Source: Dehalococcoidia bacterium
GTDB taxonomy: Bacteria; Chloroflexota; Dehalococcoidia; GIF9; UBA5629
Direction: 5' to 3'
Length of the DNA stretch: 33,243 bases
Assembly: GCA_007280145.1 (NCBI GenBank)
Contig: QYPU01000022.1
Span: 1 to 33,243 of the forward strand
Shown: in pieces, positions 8,701 through 15,786 of the stretch
Layout: every line of letters begins with the position of its first letter
How positions within the stretch are numbered: the stretch's first letter is position 1
The notes under the pieces: generated by a model
The model's database searches: none
Told to the model about the DNA's origin: nothing
Seen by the model: only the letters and a program-made list of their open reading frames with translations
Translations under genes and position numbers: made by a program

Positions 8701-8773
8701 CGGGGTGTAGCGCAGTGGGTAGCGCGCATGGTTTGGGACCATGAGGTCGGAGGTTCAAATCCTCTCACCCCGA
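8701..8773 (+). tRNA. tRNA-Pro (anticodon TGG)
   Basis: Acceptor CGGGGTG/CACCCCG, D arm GCGC-AGTGGGTA-GCGC, anticodon arm CATGG-TTTGGGA-CCATG (anticodon TGG), T arm GGAGG-TTCAAAT-CCTCT, discriminator A. Confidence 0.9.
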
Positions 8774-8801
8774 CTGATTTATCTCCTTCTTGAATCCAGA
8801 C

Positions 8802-9074
8802 TTATCGGCAGAAGGGACATTTAATAGGTGAGTCAATTACCTTGGCTTTAATATAAATGTTGCCGTGGCGAGGGCAGGTGAGTTGATAGTGCGCTCGTAC
8901 TATTTGAAGGTCAGTATCTTCTATCTTCGGCTCTGAAAAATAGCTAATGGTTTCGATTATCCCTTTTGCTCCGTTTCCGTTATAAGATGTGCCACACTTG
9001 GGGCACCGAGTGGCATCAGGAAGTGCAATACATCCACACTTGGGGCACTGGACAGTTTCTTTTACCGCTTGCAT
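8802..9074 (-). CDS. Hypothetical 90-aa zinc-ribbon protein, last gene of the putative lexA operon
   Basis: The N-terminus has CPKCG-x11-CPKCG and the C-terminus has CPRHG-x19-CPFC. It lies 60 nt downstream of orf84 on the same strand. I recognise no family. Confidence 0.55.
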   Translation of the reverse strand: MQAVKETVQCPKCGCIALPDATRCPKCGTSYNGNGAKGIIETISYFSEPKIEDTDLQIVRAHYQLTCPRHGNIYIKAKVIDSPIKCPFCR

Positions 9075-9134
9075 GGCTCAATAAGTCTCCTCTCTTTTAT
9101 AACTGTGCGCTTTTTTGTTTCCTGTATTCCGGTC

Positions 9135-9389
9135 CTAATCGTAGATTTTGCTGAGATACCAGAGGTTGGATGTAACATCACGATAAATGTCGCAAATAAG
9201 GCCCTTGCTTGTCCTGACTCTGAAGTAGTTCTTTAAAAGCTCCTGTGCCCACAATTGCTCAGGCACATGCCATTGCCGATAGATTCTGGTCACACGCTCA
9301 GCCTTTCCATTTCTAGTAATGTTTAGAGGTGTACCTTCAATATTGGTGGTTACTCTCAGTTCCTCTGGTTTTTCAAGTAGTTTAGTCAT
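9135..9389 (-). CDS. Hypothetical 84-aa protein downstream of lexA
   Basis: It has a strong RBS (AAGGAGGT, 6 nt before the ATG). The C-terminal half is rich in W and Y (RIYRQWHVPEQLWAQELLKNYFRVRTSKGLICDIYRDVTSNLWYLSKIYD). It has no TM segment or signal peptide. Confidence 0.6.
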   Translation of the reverse strand: MTKLLEKPEELRVTTNIEGTPLNITRNGKAERVTRIYRQWHVPEQLWAQELLKNYFRVRTSKGLICDIYRDVTSNLWYLSKIYD

Positions 9390-9401
9390 TTCTAACCTCC
9401 T

Positions 9402-9421
9402 TTACATTAACTGGAATGTAA
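9402..9421 (-). promoter_or_regulatory. Perfect 7-bp inverted repeat abutting the orf84 RBS
   Basis: TTACATT-N6-AATGTAA. On the minus strand the 3' arm runs directly into AAGGAGGT. It could be an operator or an RNA hairpin affecting translation. Confidence 0.25.
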
Positions 9422-9467
9422 GCAATTCTTGCCTATCATTACCACAAGTGACTCTTAATTTTTTAGG

Positions 9468-10094
9468 TCATAGTTTCCTAATAACCCCGATAACCCTTCC
9501 TTGGATTTCTATATCTTCTGGGTTCACATATATCGGCTTCATCTGGCTGTTGGCTGGCTGGAGGCAAATCCTCCCAGTTTCTTGGAAGAACCTCTTTAGC
9601 GTTACCTCCTGTTTGTCCTTTAGCCAGGCAGCTACTACATCACCATCTTCAGCAGTATTTGCTGGCTCCATCAAAACAATGTCGCCATCATCAATGAGGG
9701 CATCCATCATTGAGAGCCCGTTCACCTTCAGGGCGTAAACTTCCTTTCCCTGGGTTAACTCTTCAGTTAGCTGTAGCACTTCTATAGCTTCGCTTGTCCA
9801 TGTCTCTGAACTTGGCACAGGAATTGGTTCTCCGGCGGCGATGCTGCCTAAAAGTGGCACCCGAATGGTATTCTTTCTGTCGAGTAGTTGAATGCTTCTA
9901 AAAACCTCAGGGTCCCGGTGAATGTAACCTTCCCTCTCTAATACATTCAAATGATGCTGGACAACTGCAGTAGAGCTTAGACTGCAACCTCTCAGGATAT
10001 CCCTGACTGTCGGAGCGTAGCCCCTGTCGTCAACAAAATCGTGGATAAACTTCAGTATGCGTTGCCTTGTTTGGCTTTTGCCTGGTTTTCTCAT
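9468..10094 (-). CDS. lexA: LexA repressor (S24 self-cleaving peptidase)
   Basis: It has an N-terminal wHTH (RQRILKFIHDFVDDRGYAPTVRDI), an Ala-Gly cleavage site (GSIAAGEPI), the catalytic Ser in VNGLSMMDA and the Lys in VTLKRF. Confidence 0.95.
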   Translation of the reverse strand: MRKPGKSQTRQRILKFIHDFVDDRGYAPTVRDILRGCSLSSTAVVQHHLNVLEREGYIHRDPEVFRSIQLLDRKNTIRVPLLGSIAAGEPIPVPSSETWTSEAIEVLQLTEELTQGKEVYALKVNGLSMMDALIDDGDIVLMEPANTAEDGDVVAAWLKDKQEVTLKRFFQETGRICLQPANSQMKPIYVNPEDIEIQGRVIGVIRKL

Positions 10095-10113
10095 CCTATA
10101 TCCTTTGGTTTCC

Positions 10114-10140
10114 GAACACGTGTTTTATAAACTATTGTTC
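10114..10140 (-). promoter_or_regulatory. Two tandem Gram-positive-type SOS (LexA) boxes between the lexA -10 element and its RBS
   Basis: The minus strand reads GAACAATAGTTT-ATA-AAACACGTGTTC. That is GAAC-N4-GTTT (10129-10140) and AAAC-N4-GTTC (10114-10125). Each box has one perfect and one degenerate half-site. Confidence 0.6.
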
Positions 10141-10148
10141 TACAAACA

Positions 10149-10177
10149 AGTGTACACAAATTTTGTCCTTTTGTCAA
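10149..10177 (-). promoter_or_regulatory. lexA promoter
   Basis: On the minus strand: TTGACA (10172-10177), a 17-nt spacer, then TACACT (10149-10154). The SOS boxes follow immediately downstream. Confidence 0.55.
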
Positions 10178-10453
10178 GACCTTTGAGGTTTAACCTGGTT
10201 ATCATTTGGAATTGCTGCCAATTGAAAGCTGGTAGTTGCCAAAAGCCAGACTCTTTTGAACCGAATCATAGTTATCTGATTCAGTTTGCCTGCTGTCCCA
10301 AGTGATGTGGCAGCTTCTGAGATTAATCAGGGACTGCTAGATAAAGGGTTAGAAGTAATCGGTGCTTCTTTGACCAAGGCTGTGGGGAAAAAGAAGGCAA
10401 TTATAGCAGGCAAGGCTGCTTCGAGCAGACAAAAGTGCAGCATAGTGGCTATT

Positions 10454-11071
10454 CTATTGCTTTACGAGCTCTATACCCTTGTTGAAAGCTTTCATATTAG
10501 CCTCAATCTCTTTAGGAAAGGTCTCTTGTAATATAGGCTCCACTGATTTCTCGTCTAGCGGCAGAACGCCGGAGCCAATAAGGGCGCCGATAAGAATTGA
10601 ATTGGCGAATATAGGACTCCCCATTTTTTGTGCTTCCTCGGTGGCATTTACTATCCATGTTTTGGCCGACAGCTCCTTAATGGCTTCCATCAGCTTATCC
10701 AAGTCCGGGTATTCAGCCTGACCACCGGTGACGTCAATGGAGTATATTGGCCTGGGGTTGATTATAGTGACGATAGCTGGGTTGCCGAACTGCCTCATCA
10801 TTCGCAAGGTTTCCACCGGTTCCATACCGAGGATGATATCAGCATGGCCATCGGGAATGAATGGGCTGTACTGGGTTTCTCTTGAAATTCTGACGTGGCT
10901 CATAACGGGGCCACCTCGTTGGGATGCCCCATAGGTCTCTCCGATAGTCACCAGGTAGCCCTCTTTCACCAGGGCATTGCCAATAATCAGGGATATCATT
11001 ACATTGCCCTGACCACCGACGCCGGTAATAATAAGGTTAAGCGGGTCTTTCACCAATTGTTTTATGGTCAT
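10454..11071 (-). CDS. iorB: Indolepyruvate (arylpyruvate):ferredoxin oxidoreductase beta subunit
   Basis: MTIKQLVKDPLNLIITGVGGQGNVMISLIIGNAL... is a typical IorB N-terminus. I chose ATG 11071 because it overlaps the iorA TGA as ATGA. The tracked upstream ATG 11125 would run 58 nt into iorA. Confidence 0.88.
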   Translation of the reverse strand: MTIKQLVKDPLNLIITGVGGQGNVMISLIIGNALVKEGYLVTIGETYGASQRGGPVMSHVRISRETQYSPFIPDGHADIILGMEPVETLRMMRQFGNPAIVTIINPRPIYSIDVTGGQAEYPDLDKLMEAIKELSAKTWIVNATEEAQKMGSPIFANSILIGALIGSGVLPLDEKSVEPILQETFPKEIEANMKAFNKGIELVKQ

Positions 11072-13005
11072 GCTGCCTCCTTTATGATGGCTCCTTGTGG
11101 GCAGATGTCTGTACATACGCCGCACCCGGTGCAGATTACCTCGTCTATCTTGGACTTACCAACTTTTTTGTCCCATACCAGCCCAGGGCAGAGAAATACT
11201 CTGGTGCATAATCTGTCACAGCCACAGGCCTCTCCAATGCATTTATCTGGGTCTACATGCACTTTATACGGGGGCTTCTCCTTTTTGCCTCTCACTAGTT
11301 CACACTCACGTCGCATTATGGCTACCTTAGCACCGCCGCCCTCGGCCATCATTTCCAGCAGCGTTGCCGTGGTGCTTTCAAGGTCGAAGGGGTCGCAAAT
11401 CTCAACGCGTGCTCCCAATGAGCGGCATAAGGCTTCCATACTTACCACTTTCGTTGGTTCCCCCATGGCCGTCATTCCAGTTCCAGGGTGGGGTTGGAAA
11501 CCGGTCATGGCGGTGGCATTATTATCCAGAATGACAAGGATAAAATTCGACTGATTGTAGATGCCGTTTATCAATGCCGGGATAGTGGCATGGAAGAAGG
11601 TTGAGTCGCCGCACACGGCAAGCACTGGTTGGTTGAAGCCAAACTGTCCGAGTTTCCCTAGCCCGTTAGCTATTCCAGCTCCAGCTCCCATGCAGTGCAT
11701 TGTCCTCACCTGGAAAAAACCGGCAGGTCCCAGTGCCAGGGAGTAGCAGCCAATATCGCCGGTTACAATACCATCGCGCCCGTCCAGCTTGAGCGCGTTC
11801 TTGATTGCCCAGAAGGTAGCGCGGTGGGGACAGCCAGCGCAAAAGGTCATACTTCGTTCGGGAACGGAGCTTTTGGAGAACTCTTCTGCCTTCTTGCCAT
11901 ACTCAACATCGCGAGGTTGGTATGTGATGCTCGTTATGCTGGCTATTGCTTTAATAACCAGGTCTGGGTTTAGCTCTCCGTAGGCATTTATATGTTTCGA
12001 GCGTTTGCCATAGAAGGTAGGGCGTGGGCTATCGGCTGGCAGGTTGGCAACCATTTCCATCACGCTCCGCTCGAGAAAAGGGTCAATCTCTTCTACAAAT
12101 AGGATTTTCCGTGATTTATTCAGATGCTTTTCCACAAACTTTTCTGGTAGGGGCCATAGGGTGCCCAGCTTCAAGATACCTACCTTATCCTCCAGTTTTA
12201 ATGCCTTCACTGCGTCCTGAGAATAGAGCCAGCAGCTGCCACAAGTTATAATCAACAAATCTGCCTTATCTGGCCCCACATAATAGTTGAAAGGTGACGA
12301 TTCAAACTTTTCCTGTGCCTTGTCCAGCTTTAGATGCAGGAAGGCATGCCGCAGTGCACTCGGGACTGGCATAAATGTCGTCGGCATAACATTTCTTAAA
12401 TCGTGTATCTGGTCGAAATATGCCTTTTGTTCTTTCTTGGGCAACTCACCTAATTTTACATTGCCCCTGGCATGGGCAATACGAGTTACGCTCCGGAGCA
12501 TACACAAGGTGCCTGTCTTCTCGGCAAGGTCAAAAAGCCATTTCGTCATATCCTTGGCTTCCTGAAAAGTGCCCGGCTCTACCAGCGGAATATCCAGCCA
12601 CTTAGCTATAGGCCGTGTATCTTGCTCGTTAGAGCTGGAGATAGCCGACGGGTCATCGCAGCTTATCAAGACCAGTCCTCCCTTCCCTATGCCCGCTATG
12701 ACTAAATTCGCCAAGAAGTCAGAGACGACGTTTACCCCGTTCTGCTTCATACTTGCAAGCGCTCGAATGCCGGCGAAAGAAGCTCCAGCAGCAGCTTCCA
12801 TAGCTACCTTTTCGTTTATAGACCACTCTGCGTAAATGCCCATCTTCTTGGCTATTGGCGCCAGGCTGCCCATAATCTCCGATGATGGCGTCCCCGGGTA
12901 GGAGGCAGCAAATCCTATCCCTGCCTCTAATGCACCCCGGGCAATAGCTTCGTTACCGATAAAAAGTTGGCTGGTACCAGGGGCGTCTATATCAATAGTT
13001 GCCAT
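11068..13005 (-). CDS. iorA: Indolepyruvate:ferredoxin oxidoreductase alpha subunit (TPP and 2x[4Fe-4S])
   Basis: 645 aa. The N-terminus is GNEAIARGALEAGIGFAASYPGTPSSEI, the TPP motif is GDSTFFHATIPALINGIYNQSNFILVILDNNATAMTG, and the C-terminal ferredoxin motifs are CIGEACGCDRLC and CTGCGVCTDICPQGA. Confidence 0.92.
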   Translation of the reverse strand: MATIDIDAPGTSQLFIGNEAIARGALEAGIGFAASYPGTPSSEIMGSLAPIAKKMGIYAEWSINEKVAMEAAAGASFAGIRALASMKQNGVNVVSDFLANLVIAGIGKGGLVLISCDDPSAISSSNEQDTRPIAKWLDIPLVEPGTFQEAKDMTKWLFDLAEKTGTLCMLRSVTRIAHARGNVKLGELPKKEQKAYFDQIHDLRNVMPTTFMPVPSALRHAFLHLKLDKAQEKFESSPFNYYVGPDKADLLIITCGSCWLYSQDAVKALKLEDKVGILKLGTLWPLPEKFVEKHLNKSRKILFVEEIDPFLERSVMEMVANLPADSPRPTFYGKRSKHINAYGELNPDLVIKAIASITSITYQPRDVEYGKKAEEFSKSSVPERSMTFCAGCPHRATFWAIKNALKLDGRDGIVTGDIGCYSLALGPAGFFQVRTMHCMGAGAGIANGLGKLGQFGFNQPVLAVCGDSTFFHATIPALINGIYNQSNFILVILDNNATAMTGFQPHPGTGMTAMGEPTKVVSMEALCRSLGARVEICDPFDLESTTATLLEMMAEGGGAKVAIMRRECELVRGKKEKPPYKVHVDPDKCIGEACGCDRLCTRVFLCPGLVWDKKVGKSKIDEVICTGCGVCTDICPQGAIIKEAA

Positions 13006-13036
13006 GTTACTTACCTCCTTGATTTCCTATCTACTG

Positions 13037-14149
13037 CTAGGCCAATAACTTGTCTGCCAGGGCCGGTGATAAACCAACATAGAGCAGGTTCTTTTTATCA
13101 CCACTCCTCTTGATGATTTCCTTTAATGCCCGTTTCTTTTTGAGCAGCGCTGCCTCCTTAAGATGAGCTAGATTCTGCGGAGGCAACTTATCAGTCTCAA
13201 GTTTCCCTTTTGCTTTAGCCATCTCCATAAGCTTAGCGCCAACATCGGTGCGAATAATAACCGTATTCCAACCTTCGATCCCCTCTACCGAGCCAACCGA
13301 AATATCGGCGAACTCTGATGTCATATCCAAACAATAAGCGCAGGTGGGTATGGTGAATTTCCTGATTTGCTCCAGGGGGAACGAGATTTTACCTGACGGG
13401 GTGTAGGCGTCAAACCTGTTTGCTGGAGGCGGTGGAATATCAAATTTGGTTACCCGAGGTAGGTCAAGGTTCTCTCTCAAGAACTGATAGAATCCATCGG
13501 GAGACAGAGCCCAGGTGCAGAACAAGCCGATTACCAGCTTAACATTGTTTATACTAATCCTGTTCTCAGGTGGCTCTTTTTTCATCTTGGTCAGGGCTAG
13601 AGCCTGGCATGGCATGGCAACTATTCCCAAGCTATGGTTGCTGTCTTTTAGGAAATGATTATAGGTTTCCAATATAGGGCATGCCATATAATTGGAGCCG
13701 GCCCCTTGAAGCACCTCCTCCGCACTTTGGGCCAAAAAGGCAATTGGAGTCTTGTCTTCGGATGTCCTGGTTAAGATTGCGTTGTCAATGAGTCCTTCTG
13801 CTAGTGCTAATGATAAGAGTGTGGTTACCGTTCCGCCATATTGCGCTTTCTCTTTAATCTGTGCATCCGTTGACCTTGCTATCAGCACTTCTTTGGTAGT
13901 GCCTAGTTCATCCTCGCTATATGGTACCCCGAAAACTTGCTGGCTAATGGCATCCATATCCGTGTAGGTACGTGGGCAATATTTGTAACACTGCCCTTCT
14001 GATAGGGTACAATTATCTAGAAGCACTATCTTGCCTTTATAGGGTACCAAGTAAGGGCAACCACCAGTACAGGCGCCACATAGAGTGCATAAGTCCTTAT
14101 CTATAACTTCATTCAGTAGCTCCTTGCAGCCTTTAACCTTTGTATCCAT
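13037..14149 (-). CDS. FrhB/FdhB-family (coenzyme F420 hydrogenase/dehydrogenase beta-like) flavo-iron-sulfur protein
   Basis: 370 aa with RBS AGGAGGAG. The N-terminus has CTLCGACTGGCPY. The core blocks (QYGGTVTTLLSLALAEGLIDNAIL, GSNYMACP, SLGIVAMPCQALAL and IGLFCTW) match the FrhB N/C domain pattern. It lies 31 nt upstream of iorA. Confidence 0.75.
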   Translation of the reverse strand: MDTKVKGCKELLNEVIDKDLCTLCGACTGGCPYLVPYKGKIVLLDNCTLSEGQCYKYCPRTYTDMDAISQQVFGVPYSEDELGTTKEVLIARSTDAQIKEKAQYGGTVTTLLSLALAEGLIDNAILTRTSEDKTPIAFLAQSAEEVLQGAGSNYMACPILETYNHFLKDSNHSLGIVAMPCQALALTKMKKEPPENRISINNVKLVIGLFCTWALSPDGFYQFLRENLDLPRVTKFDIPPPPANRFDAYTPSGKISFPLEQIRKFTIPTCAYCLDMTSEFADISVGSVEGIEGWNTVIIRTDVGAKLMEMAKAKGKLETDKLPPQNLAHLKEAALLKKKRALKEIIKRSGDKKNLLYVGLSPALADKLLA

Positions 14150-14195
14150 AAGCTCCTCCTTTTTGGATTATCCTTATTCACCATGCGTCGGAAGT

Positions 14196-14321
14196 TCATG
14201 CTAAGTTCTGTATTGTGCCATCAGGAATAACCGCTACCTTGGCACCCTTTTGGAATTCTAACTCCCTCTTGCCCTCTTCATACCACATCTGTTTGGGAAC
14301 AGATATTGTCTTAGCGCTCAT
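14196..14321 (-). other. 41-codon ORF (MSAKTISVPKQMWYEEGKRELEFQKGAKVAVIPDGTIQNLA); a small gene or a gene remnant
   Basis: I translated it by hand. The RBS AAGAGGG lies 5 nt before the ATG. It is below the size cut-off of the ORF track and I recognise no family with confidence. Confidence 0.2.
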
Positions 14322-14338
14322 TAAGCCCTCTTATATGG

Positions 14339-14515
14339 TCAATCATCTAGGCTAGCCAGTGGTCGTCCCAGGCCGACATTTACCTTAGCATTAATAGACA
14401 CAGGGACTCCCATTTCCTCAGCTATCTTTTTAGCTGGTGTGCTCGCATCCTTTTCTACAACGGAGATAAGGTTGAGGGTAAAGACCGAATCGACCTCAGG
14501 AGCAATATACTCCAC
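14339..14515 (-). other. 58-codon GTG-start ORF within an 86-codon open frame; a small gene or a gene remnant
   Basis: The open frame translates as ...GGRKGKCILCAEVEYIAPEVDSVFTLNLISVVEKDASTPAKKIAEEMGVPVSINAKVNVGLGRPLASLDD. An AGGAGG lies upstream but at poor spacing, and there is no in-frame ATG. Confidence 0.15.
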
Positions 14516-14614
14516 TTCCGCACATAATATACACTTCCCCTTTCTTCCTCCTGGTATTATTGCCGGTGGGCTCAGTACGCAGCCATGTTTTTCTACATTA
14601 ATTCATGTCAGATA

Positions 14615-15748
14615 TTAAAACCCTTCTTGCAACACATTCTTTAGTTCTTCTTTACTTAGCGTTGCTATCCCCAACTCTTCAAGCGATCTTCCTTTCTTCC
14701 AGTAATTTGTTTGATTTACTACTGAACTTAACTCGATGATGGAATTGATGATTGGAGTGTGTACACCAAGCTTATTGGCCAATAATGCTGTGGGAACTAA
14801 GCCATAGGGGACATCTTCAGTGACATATCTGCTTTGCATGGAGGAAGGTTCGGTGGCTGAAGCAAATGCTTTCCTTATGAACTCTTTGGCTTCAGGGCTT
14901 GAAAGTGCAATCCCCGGAATCCCCTCGCACTCCTGCATTAATTCCTCTATCGATTCAAACGCCTTATCAGGGATCTTAGCGTAGCTCGTCACTCCAAGAG
15001 CTTGCTGTAGCTTTACAGCTTCTTCATAAACTGCCTTGATTACCCTCAGTACTGATGCAGTCATACCATCCCTGTAGAGCCGGTAATCACTTTTCAAAGT
15101 CTCAATATGCCCTACATTTAGGATTGAGCCGACTGGATGCAGAGCATAGTTGATATTGGCTATTGCGACGCCCAAGACATTTTCGGAGGGGGCAACTCTT
15201 AAGACATCTTTTAGATCATGAATGACCTTGCCCGTATCCTTTCCAGGGAATGCTGCTAGACTATTACTCAATGCATAGGAAAGTATTCTTACCCGAGAGG
15301 GAGCTATCAATCTTGCTGCATAAGGAAGTGTACTTGCCTCAGCCAAGATGATGTTCCTCTTCATTTTCTCCTGCCTTAACATATTGGCAAACAATAGACT
15401 AGCGTAGTTCCCAGGCCATGCAACTACGTGTTGACCATCTTCCAAGTGAGGCATTATTAAATCAAAAAAGCGTTTGTGCCCAAACGCCGGGATAACCACC
15501 ATTACGTAGCCAACACCTTTTAATGCCTCTTCAACATCTATAGTTGCTTTGTGCAACTTAGCGGTCCTTTCTTGCCCTATTGGATCAATCAGATCTATCT
15601 CTCCCCGCTCTGATGTTGTTTTGAACCTCTCCCTAAACTCAGGTGCCTCACACATATTCACTTCAAACCCTTTGATTGCCAAGTCGGCGGCCATAGCATG
15701 AGCGCCATTGCCACCACCCATTACAGCTATTTTATTTTTCATTTTCAT
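14615..15748 (-). CDS. NAD(P)-dependent opine (octopine/nopaline-type) dehydrogenase family protein
   Basis: 377 aa. The N-terminal Rossmann fold is KIAVMGGGNGAHAMAADLAIKGFEVNMCE. The overall pattern (FPGKD...LHPVGSILN...YRLYRDGMT) is typical of the Octopine_DH family. Confidence 0.75.
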   Translation of the reverse strand: MKMKNKIAVMGGGNGAHAMAADLAIKGFEVNMCEAPEFRERFKTTSERGEIDLIDPIGQERTAKLHKATIDVEEALKGVGYVMVVIPAFGHKRFFDLIMPHLEDGQHVVAWPGNYASLLFANMLRQEKMKRNIILAEASTLPYAARLIAPSRVRILSYALSNSLAAFPGKDTGKVIHDLKDVLRVAPSENVLGVAIANINYALHPVGSILNVGHIETLKSDYRLYRDGMTASVLRVIKAVYEEAVKLQQALGVTSYAKIPDKAFESIEELMQECEGIPGIALSSPEAKEFIRKAFASATEPSSMQSRYVTEDVPYGLVPTALLANKLGVHTPIINSIIELSSVVNQTNYWKKGRSLEELGIATLSKEELKNVLQEGF

Positions 15749-15786
15749 TCTCCTTTGTTCTTTTTTGTATCGCTGATTTTAGCACC

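Noticed and set aside
9319-9738. 139-aa plus-strand ORF
   Set aside because: It is antisense to lexA and orf84. It crosses their intergenic region without start context and its sequence is low-complexity Ser/Leu-rich.
10057-10531. Plus-strand ORFs of 82 aa and 81 aa (the latter TTG-start) in and around the lexA-iorB spacer
   Set aside because: One starts inside lexA and runs across the lexA promoter/operator region. The other runs into the 3' end of iorB. Neither has an RBS or a recognisable domain. The spacer is better explained as the lexA promoter region plus the ior 3' UTR.
10895-11554. 219-aa plus-strand ORF and the many 60-90-aa plus-strand ORFs between 10479 and 12835
   Set aside because: They are antisense to iorA and iorB, which have unmistakable TPP and FeS motifs. 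There are no RBSs and no conserved motifs.
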